From: Vulcanimicrobiota bacterium
Lineage (GTDB): Bacteria; Vulcanimicrobiota; Vulcanimicrobiia; Vulcanimicrobiales; Vulcanimicrobiaceae
DNA length: 64,000 bases
Direction of reading: 5' to 3'
NCBI GenBank assembly: GCA_003135555.1
Contig: PLCF01000062.1
Coordinates: 1 to 64,000, forward strand
Positions 56,971 through 64,000 of this stretch are shown piece after piece. The notes beneath the pieces were generated by a model. It was not told the DNA's origin. It saw only the letters and a program-made list of their open reading frames with translations, and searched no databases. The position numbers and the translations under genes are program-made. The stretch's first letter is position 1. Every line of letters starts with the position of its first letter.

Positions 56971-57875
56971 CCGCCGTGAGCGAGCCCGCCTTCGCACCGG
57001 CCAACGGCATCCGCTTGTGCTACCAGACCTTCGGCGACCCGTCGCACCCGCCGCTGCTGCTCATCATGGGACTCGCGGTGCAAATGATCGTGTGGGACGA
57101 CGACTTCTGCGAAATGCTCGCTGCGCGAGGCTTCCGGGTGATCCGCTTCGACAACCGCGACATCGGCAAGTCGACGACGTTTCCGCAAGCGCGCGCACCG
57201 AGTTTCGTGGAACTGCTCTTCTCGCAGGCGACCGGGTTGCGCTTCCGCGTGCCGTACACGTTGCGCGATATGGCGGCGGACTCCGCGGGGCTCTTGGACG
57301 CGCTCGGCGTCGCGAGCGCGCACGTCGTCGGCGCCTCGATGGGCGGCATGATCGCCCAAGAGATGGCAATCGCGTTCTCCGGGCGGGTGACCACGCTGAC
57401 GTCGCTCATGTCGACGACCGGCGACCCCAAGCTGCCGCGGGCGCAGGCCAAGGCGCTGCGGGCGCTGGCGAAGCCCACGCCGCGCGACCGTGCCGGCTTC
57501 GTGCGGCGCTATGTGGAGACATGGGCAGTTCTCGCCGGCGACGGCTTTCCGTACGATCCCGACCGCATGGCCCGGCAGGGCGCGCTCGCCTACGACCGCG
57601 GCATCAACCCGCCCGGGGTCGCGCGCCAGATGCTCGCGATCATCGCGTCGGGAAATCGCACCAAGGCGCTGCGCGGACTGGCGGTGCCCACGCTGGTCCT
57701 CCACGGCACCCGCGATCCGCTGATCCCGGTCGACGCGGGCTCGGAGACCGCGCGCGCGATCCCGGGCGCGCGGCTGATGCTCATCGACGGCATGGGACAC
57801 TGGATGCCGCGCGAAGTGTGGCCACGGATCGTCGACGCGATCGCCCAGCATGCGTCCGGGACCAAACCCGCCTGA
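56967..57875 (+). CDS. Alpha/beta hydrolase
   Basis: LIMGL, RFDNRDIG, GASMGG, HGTRDPL, GMGH. Confidence 0.93.
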   Translation: MTAVSEPAFAPANGIRLCYQTFGDPSHPPLLLIMGLAVQMIVWDDDFCEMLAARGFRVIRFDNRDIGKSTTFPQARAPSFVELLFSQATGLRFRVPYTLRDMAADSAGLLDALGVASAHVVGASMGGMIAQEMAIAFSGRVTTLTSLMSTTGDPKLPRAQAKALRALAKPTPRDRAGFVRRYVETWAVLAGDGFPYDPDRMARQGALAYDRGINPPGVARQMLAIIASGNRTKALRGLAVPTLVLHGTRDPLIPVDAGSETARAIPGARLMLIDGMGHWMPREVWPRIVDAIAQHASGTKPA

Positions 57876-57905
57876 GCCGGCTCACCGCGCGAACGGAGCT
57901 CTACC

Positions 57906-59609
57906 GTGTCTGAAACGCCCTGGATTTCGTCCTATCCGTCGCCGGCACGCTGGGACGCCCCGCTCGCGGTGGGCCCGGTTTACGAGATCCTCGACACCGC
58001 CGCGCAGCGCTTTGGCGATCGTCCCGCGGTCGAGTTCATGGGCCGCCGCGCAACGTACCGCCAACTGCACGCGCTGGCGAACCGCGCCGCCAAGGGCTTC
58101 CAACAGCTGGGCGTGCGGCCCGGCGTACATGTCGGACTCTACCTGCCCAACACGCCGCACTATCTCGTCGCGTTCTTCGGCGTGCTCAAGGCCGGCGGAA
58201 CCGTCGTCAACTACTCGCCGCTCGATGCCGCGCAAGTCCTCGCGCACAAGGTCGAGGACAGCGAGACCTCGATCCTCGTCACGCTCGACGTTCCGACGCT
58301 GCTCCCGCAGATGGAAGCGCTGCTCGGGACAAGCGGTTTGCGGACGCTCGTCGTCGGCGGCTTGGACGATCTGGCGGGCTTCCCGGAGTACGCCGATGCG
58401 GCCGCCTCCAACGGCGCGGGGGCCGTCGCCAAGGATGGACATGTGCCGTTCCGCAGCCTGCTGGCGAACGACGGCGCGTATCAGGCGTATCCGATCGATA
58501 ATCCGAGCGAGTCGATCGCCGTGCTGCAGTATACCGGCGGCACGACCGGACTGCCCAAAGGCGCAGTCCTGACGCATGCCAACTTGACGGCGGCGATGAG
58601 TCAGTATCTCGAGACCACGCGGCTCGAGCCGCCGGTACTCACGCCGGGCGAGGAGCGCACCTTGTTGGTGCTGCCGCTCTTCCACATCTACTCGCTCTCC
58701 GCGGTCATGCTGCTGTGCGTCCGGCTCGGCGCGGAGATCATCTTGCACACGCGCTTCGACGTCGAAGCCGTGGCCAAGGACCTCGCCGCGAAAAAGATCA
58801 CGCTCTTCATGGGCGTCCCGACGATGTTCACGGCGCTCTTGGCCTATCCCGGGCTCGCGGAGCTCGACCTCACCTCGATCAAGTTCACCGGCTCAGGTGG
58901 CGCGCCGCTGCCGCTCGAAGTGCAGGAGCGCTTCCGCACCGTCACCGGCAGCGAGCTCAACGAAGGCTGGGGGATGACCGAGACGTCGCCCTCGGGGACG
59001 TTTACGCCGATGCGCGGGATGCGCAAGGCGGGCTCGTGCGGGATCCCCGTTCCGGGTGCCACGATCAAGTTCGCGAGCGTCACGGATCCCACGACGTACG
59101 TGCCGCTGGGCGAGCGCGGCGAGATCTGCATCAAAGGTCCCAACATCATGAAGGGCTATTGGAAGAACGCCCAGGCGACCGCCGACGTCATGACCGCGGA
59201 CGGTTTCTTGCGCACCGGCGACGTGGGCTACATGGACGCCGACGGTTTCGTCTTCATCGTCGACCGCATCAAGGACATGCTCTTGTGCGGCGGCTACAAC
59301 GTCTACCCGCGCAACATCGAAGAAGCGATCTACACCCACCCCGCCGTCGCCGAGGTCTCGGTGATCGGGATCCCCGACGAGTACCGCGGCCAGTCGCCCA
59401 AGGCGTTCATCGCGCTCAAGCCGGGCGCGACGCCGTTCAGCCTCGACGAGCTCAAGGGTTTCCTCAAAGACAAGCTCGGCAAACACGAGATGATCGGCGT
59501 CATCGAGTTTCGCGACTCGTTGCCCAAGACCGCAGTCGGCAAGATCCTCAAGACGGCGCTCTACGAAGAGGAAGCCCAACGCCGCGCCGCGGCGCCGGCG
59601 AAGGTCTGA
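57906..59609 (+). CDS. Long-chain/dicarboxylate acyl-CoA ligase
   Basis: YTGGTTGLPKG, EGWGMTET, RTGD, DRIKD, PKTAVGK. Confidence 0.95.
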   Translation: MSETPWISSYPSPARWDAPLAVGPVYEILDTAAQRFGDRPAVEFMGRRATYRQLHALANRAAKGFQQLGVRPGVHVGLYLPNTPHYLVAFFGVLKAGGTVVNYSPLDAAQVLAHKVEDSETSILVTLDVPTLLPQMEALLGTSGLRTLVVGGLDDLAGFPEYADAAASNGAGAVAKDGHVPFRSLLANDGAYQAYPIDNPSESIAVLQYTGGTTGLPKGAVLTHANLTAAMSQYLETTRLEPPVLTPGEERTLLVLPLFHIYSLSAVMLLCVRLGAEIILHTRFDVEAVAKDLAAKKITLFMGVPTMFTALLAYPGLAELDLTSIKFTGSGGAPLPLEVQERFRTVTGSELNEGWGMTETSPSGTFTPMRGMRKAGSCGIPVPGATIKFASVTDPTTYVPLGERGEICIKGPNIMKGYWKNAQATADVMTADGFLRTGDVGYMDADGFVFIVDRIKDMLLCGGYNVYPRNIEEAIYTHPAVAEVSVIGIPDEYRGQSPKAFIALKPGATPFSLDELKGFLKDKLGKHEMIGVIEFRDSLPKTAVGKILKTALYEEEAQRRAAAPAKV

Positions 59610-59611
59610 TC

Positions 59612-59998
59612 GTGGCGGATTCCAAGGACAAGGACCCGCTGGCGCCGTGGCGCGACCTGCTCTCGCAATGGGAGCAGAACGTCAACTCGCTGGCCAATCG
59701 CACGATGGGTTCCGACGAGTACAGCAGTTCGATGAACAGCGCGATGGGCGCGACGCTCAAGATGCAGGAGACGATTCGCCAGTTCATGGCGATCTATCTC
59801 GCCAGCGCGAATTTGCCCAGCCGCGCGGAGGTCCTCGGCATCGCCGAACGATTGGGCGGCGTCGAGTCGCGGCTCGACCGGATCACCGCGCTGCTGGAGC
59901 GCCTCGCCGAGGCGCGTCCCGGCGCGGCGACTACGCCGGCATCGCCGCCGCGTCCGCGCCCGCCGCGCACCAAGAGCCCGCCGAAGACCGAGTCCTGA
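59612..59998 (+). CDS. phaE: Short PhaE-like PHA synthase subunit
   Basis: DPLAPWR, YLASANLPSRAEV...ERLGGVESRLD; upstream of phaC. Confidence 0.7.
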   Translation: MADSKDKDPLAPWRDLLSQWEQNVNSLANRTMGSDEYSSSMNSAMGATLKMQETIRQFMAIYLASANLPSRAEVLGIAERLGGVESRLDRITALLERLAEARPGAATTPASPPRPRPPRTKSPPKTES

Positions 59999-60014
59999 GC
60001 GGGGCCGAAGGAGC

Positions 60015-61073
60015 GTGAACCCCACCGCCGAGCGCATCGGGAACGAGGTCGAGCGCGCGATTGCGCGCAGCCTCAAAGGCCTGGAGTATTTCGGCTCGCC
60101 GGCGCCCGTCGTCGGCCACACGCCCAAGGACGTCATCTTCGAGCGCGGGACGCTGCATCTGTACCACTACCGCCCGGTGACCGACGAGATCTACCGCGTC
60201 CCGATCCTCATCGTGATGGCGACGAGTAACCGCGGTTACATCCTCGATCTCGCGCCTGGGCAAAGTTTCGTCGAATACCTCATCGGACGCGGCTTCGACG
60301 TCTACCTCATCGATTGGAGCCCGCCCACGGCGGCCGACAGCGGCTTGCGCTTTGAGGACTACACGCTGCGCTTCATCCCCGACTGCGTCCAGCGCGTGCG
60401 CGACGACACCGGTGAACACGACCTCACGATCATCGGCTACTGCATGGGCGGCGTCTTGTCGGTGATGTACGTCGCCCTGCATCCCGACGATCAGCCGAAA
60501 AACTTCGTGTGCTTCACGACGCCGATCGACTTCAGCCGCATGGAGCTGTTCGCGAAGTGGTCGGACCGGCGCTACTTCGACGTCGACAAGCTCGTCGACG
60601 CGACCGGCAACGTGCCCTCGGAGCTGATCTTCACGTCGTTCGAGATGCTGCGGCCGGCGACGCGGCTGGCCGGCCAGATCACGCTCTGGGAAAACATCGC
60701 TGACGAAAAGTTCGTGCGCTCGTACCGCGCCTTCGAACGCTGGTCGAGCGACACGCTGCCGCTCGCCGGCGAGTATTTCCGCGAGACCATCAAAGAGCTG
60801 ATCTGGGAAAACCGCTTGCACCGTAACGAGCTGACGATCGGCGGGAAGCGAGCCGACCTGCGATCGATCACCGCCCCGCTGTTGCACGCGATGGCCGAGC
60901 ACGATCACATCGTCCCATACGCCGCCGCGAAGCCGCTGCTCGATCACGTCGGCTCGACCGACAAGGAGGAGATCATCTTGAAGGGCGGCCACGTCAGCCT
61001 CGTCGCCGGGCCCAACGCCGTGAAGCGCTTGTGGCCGCGCCTGGACGCCTGGCTCGGGGTGCGCTCGGTATGA
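60015..61073 (+). CDS. phaC: Class III-like PHA synthase
   Basis: GHTPK, YILDL, GYCMGG, HDHIVP, GGHV; 352 aa. Confidence 0.88.
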   Translation: MNPTAERIGNEVERAIARSLKGLEYFGSPAPVVGHTPKDVIFERGTLHLYHYRPVTDEIYRVPILIVMATSNRGYILDLAPGQSFVEYLIGRGFDVYLIDWSPPTAADSGLRFEDYTLRFIPDCVQRVRDDTGEHDLTIIGYCMGGVLSVMYVALHPDDQPKNFVCFTTPIDFSRMELFAKWSDRRYFDVDKLVDATGNVPSELIFTSFEMLRPATRLAGQITLWENIADEKFVRSYRAFERWSSDTLPLAGEYFRETIKELIWENRLHRNELTIGGKRADLRSITAPLLHAMAEHDHIVPYAAAKPLLDHVGSTDKEEIILKGGHVSLVAGPNAVKRLWPRLDAWLGVRSV

Positions 61074-61669
61074 GCGGCGCAAGCGTTCGTACCTATCCTC
61101 GCACGGTCGCGCTCGGCGTGACCGAGGTCGAGTTGCGCTACATGCGCGGCGGCGACGAGGCGGCGGTGCTCGCGTTCGCGCGCGCGCTGCCGCCGCACGA
61201 CCTGCTCTTCTTACCACGTGACATCACCCACCCCAAAGTGCTCGAGGCATGGCGCAGCGAGATCGAGCGCGGCGCGATGACGAGCCTGCTGGCGTTCGAA
61301 GGCGCGGAGGTCGTCGGCTGCGCGACGATCGCGCGCGACCCGCTGTCGTGGTCGCCGCACGTCGCCGAGTTGCGCGTCGTCGTGGCGCGCACCGCGCGCG
61401 GCAAGGGGCTCGGGCGCGTGCTGAGCACGGACGCGGGCGAGCTCGCCGTCGCGAGCGGCGTCGAGAAGCTCGTTGCGCACATGACACCCGATCAGGTCGG
61501 CGCAGTAACCGTCTTCGAGACGATGGGCTACCGGGCGGAGGCGCTCTTGCGCGACCACGTCCGCGATTCCGACGGCGTCAAGCACGACTTGGTGATCTTG
61601 AGCCTCGACGTCGACCGCTTTCGCACGCGCGCCGCAGCATACGGGCTGGCGGAGTCCCAAGCCCCGTAA
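61070..61669 (+). CDS. GNAT acetyltransferase
   Basis: HVAELRVVV, RGKGLG, GYRAEALLRDHV. Confidence 0.88.
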   Translation: MSGASVRTYPRTVALGVTEVELRYMRGGDEAAVLAFARALPPHDLLFLPRDITHPKVLEAWRSEIERGAMTSLLAFEGAEVVGCATIARDPLSWSPHVAELRVVVARTARGKGLGRVLSTDAGELAVASGVEKLVAHMTPDQVGAVTVFETMGYRAEALLRDHVRDSDGVKHDLVILSLDVDRFRTRAAAYGLAESQAP

Positions 61670-61783
61670 GCCGGGCGAAAAGAGTACGGGCCCGCTCGCT
61701 TGGCGAAGGCCGCGTAGCGCGAACTGCGGTTCGCACCCCGGCGTGTGGGGAACGACCACACGAGGGAGGACGGTTACGACGAC

Positions 61784-62578
61784 ATGACCACTGCCAGTTG
61801 GAATTGGGCCGGTTCGGCCGGTAATCACCGGGGACTGCGCCCGCCGTCGAAGCTGCTCTGGCTGGCGGAATACCGCGCGCTGTGGGAGGTCGGCTTCTCG
61901 CTCGCCGCCGCGCCGTTGCTGCTCGGCGCGCCGCGCGGCGACGGGCACCCCGTGCTCGTCTTGCCGGGCTTTCTCGTCAGCGACGTGTCGACGGCCCTGT
62001 TGCGCCGCTATCTCACGCTGTTGGGCTACGACACCCACGGCTGGGAGCTGGGGCGCAACCTCGGCGGCGTGTCGCGGATGCGCTCCAAACTGCGCGACCG
62101 CTTGGCGCAGATCCACGCGACGTCGGGACGCAAGGTGACCCTGGTCGGCTGGAGCTTGGGCGGCGTGTACGCCCGCGACCTCGCGCTCGCGATGCCCGCT
62201 GCGGTGCGCTCCGTCATCACGCTGGGTAGCCCGTTCACGCGCAGCCCGCACGCCAGCAACATCAGCGACATCTACGAGTTCGTCAGCGGCGAAGGGCCCT
62301 GGGACGAAGGCGCGCACGAGTTCGACGCGATCGCCGACGATTTGCCGATGCCGTCGACCTCGATCTGGTCCAAGATCGACGGCGTGGTGAGCTGGCAGTC
62401 GTCGGTGCTCAAGACCAATGCGCACGCCGAGAACATCGAAGTGCTCGGCGCGAGCCACATCGGGCTGGGCGCAAACGCGGCCGTGCTCTGGGCCGTCGCC
62501 GACCGTCTCGCGCTGCCTGAAGGCGCGTTCAAGCCCTTCGTCCGCAACGGACCGTTCGCGATCGCTTACGGCACCTAA
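61784..62578 (+). CDS. Alpha/beta hydrolase
   Basis: PVLVLPG, GWSLGG, ITLGSP, DGVV, SHIG. Confidence 0.9.
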   Translation: MTTASWNWAGSAGNHRGLRPPSKLLWLAEYRALWEVGFSLAAAPLLLGAPRGDGHPVLVLPGFLVSDVSTALLRRYLTLLGYDTHGWELGRNLGGVSRMRSKLRDRLAQIHATSGRKVTLVGWSLGGVYARDLALAMPAAVRSVITLGSPFTRSPHASNISDIYEFVSGEGPWDEGAHEFDAIADDLPMPSTSIWSKIDGVVSWQSSVLKTNAHAENIEVLGASHIGLGANAAVLWAVADRLALPEGAFKPFVRNGPFAIAYGT

Positions 62579-63099
62579 CGGTGCGGGAGCATAACGACGG
62601 AAATCCCGAACTCGCCTTTTATCCTCGAATCAGTATTGTGCTCGAAGTCGATCTCGGCGCCGCGTGAATTGCGCCAGCATTCGACCAAGACGGTTCCGGT
62701 GAGAAAATCCGGCAGGCTGGAAGCCGCCGGACAATCCGCTTTCGCGAAGCCGGCCGGCAACGAGCCGTGCCCAATTGCCAGAAAATCGGCCTGATCCGCG
62801 AAGACGCCGACAGGTGAAAATCCGCACAACAGATCGACGCTGAGGGGCTTATCGCGCGCCTGCGGGTCGCAGCCGCCGATCAGGTTGCGCGCGGCGGCGG
62901 GCATATGTTTCGGGCCGGGATAGACCGGCCCGGCCATTGTGTACGCCTCCGCCAATCCCCAGCTGAAGAACTCGCGCATCGCGTCGGGTCGCCAGTCGGG
63001 GGGCGCAGGCGACGGCGATGCGTCCAAATTCGCCGCCGATGCAGCGGGGAAACCGGTCAGCAGCGCACAGGCGATCGCGAGACTCAGGGTTTTCTTCAC
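62575..63099 (-). CDS. Secreted hypothetical protein
   Basis: GAGG SD; signal peptide MKKTLSLAIACALL. Confidence 0.65.
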   Translation of the reverse strand: MKKTLSLAIACALLTGFPAASAANLDASPSPAPPDWRPDAMREFFSWGLAEAYTMAGPVYPGPKHMPAAARNLIGGCDPQARDKPLSVDLLCGFSPVGVFADQADFLAIGHGSLPAGFAKADCPAASSLPDFLTGTVLVECWRNSRGAEIDFEHNTDSRIKGEFGISVVMLPHR

Positions 63100-63283
63100 G
63101 GCGCATCCTCCTACTCCGGTCGCTCACGCCTTGGCGGTACGTCCTCGCGGGCCCTCGGGCTTTTTGCTCGACGTCACAGCCGGAACGTGCGCGCAGTCGC
63201 TTACGGAGTGCGATGACCGTCGCCGCGGACGACGGCATCGACACGCGCGCTCAGCGCGAACGCCGCTGCGGCTGGGGACCGAG

Positions 63284-63541
63284 TTAGCCGCCGCCGTCGC
63301 CGCTGAGCGCGGGCATGAGGACGCGCATCCGCATCTGCTCCTCGATTGCCTGGTCGTCCGAGCTCGGGGCGCCGGCTTGGGCAACGCCGGCTTGCTGATT
63401 ATGCCGGCGACGTCGCGATGGGGTGGCTACCGCCACCGGTGCAGCGACCGTCGCGGCCTGAGCCGCAGCGGGGGCTGCCGGGGTCGGGGTGGACGTCAGC
63501 GCGGCGATTGCGATCGCGGCGCTACCGATGAATGGGAGCAC
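63284..63541 (-). CDS. Small secreted protein ending DGGG
   Basis: GGAGG SD, hydrophobic leader, Pro/Ala linker. Confidence 0.55.
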   Translation of the reverse strand: MLPFIGSAAIAIAALTSTPTPAAPAAAQAATVAAPVAVATPSRRRRHNQQAGVAQAGAPSSDDQAIEEQMRMRVLMPALSGDGGG

Positions 63542-63545
63542 GGAG

Positions 63546-63848
63546 TTAGCCTCCTCCAGTGACGATGGGTGGGTTGATTCGGTCGACTTCGTCGTGCCAC
63601 GCACGCGTCAACTGATCGACGCTGAGCGCTTTCGAGTAGTCGGGATGGAAGGTTCGGTCGAGCCGGCGGGGCTGCGCCGAAGTCGTTCCGCGCGCGGCAT
63701 CGGTGATGCCGATAACGCGGATCTGCGCTGCGGGAGGCGCGTCGGTAACGAGTGTCCCGACGACGTTCCCTTGCGCATCGAGGACCGTGTACTGTGCGCC
63801 GAGTGCGACAAAGGTCGCGATCGCGGCGGCTTGGATGGCTGATTTCAC
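63546..63848 (-). CDS. Small secreted protein ending TGGG
   Basis: GGAG SD, hydrophobic leader, VLDAQGNVVGTL. Confidence 0.55.
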   Translation of the reverse strand: MKSAIQAAAIATFVALGAQYTVLDAQGNVVGTLVTDAPPAAQIRVIGITDAARGTTSAQPRRLDRTFHPDYSKALSVDQLTRAWHDEVDRINPPIVTGGG

Positions 63849-64000
63849 GAAGGTTCTCCAAGAACGGTGCACTGCAAGGCATACGCCGCAGAGACCGTCT
63901 TCGGATCGCCGTTCAGGCGGCGTCCATAACCACGAGCGCGGCGTGTTGATGCGTTCCACGATCGGAGGCTCGTCAAAGAGAGTGCCCAGCATATGGCACT

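Overview
High-GC bacterial chromosomal window. Its centre is a 42.7 kb Tn7-like (Tn6022/AbaR-type) transposon at 3844-46545. The element has TGTCA...TGACA ends, repeated TnsB-type sites, a 5-bp GGCGG target duplication and tnsA-tnsB-tnsC-tniQ at the right end. It splits comM/yifB inside the LVGGG|SQPRPGE motif. The cargo looks like a defence island: a split nuclease-STAND (Avs-like) gene, a Schlafen/AlbA_2 protein, several HEPN-like proteins, a TIR protein, a UDG-like glycosylase, a phosphatase, a lipase and gene relics. The best candidate for an undescribed system is a coupled operon of unknown protein, UvrD-like helicase, DarT and an ARH/DraG-family ADP-ribosylglycohydrolase, divergent from an XRE plus ImmA/IrrE pair. 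Also seen: no tnsF despite comM targeting, three candidate structured RNAs, a duplicated repeat-array site, a tRNA-Pro att relic, and gene-tail duplications flanking small cassettes right of the transposon. Host flanks carry a sugar ABC transporter, a papain plus chagasin pair, an ABC binding protein, a MetE-like enzyme, hydrolases, an acyl-CoA ligase and phaE-phaC. All family calls are by-eye motif recognition; no searches were run.
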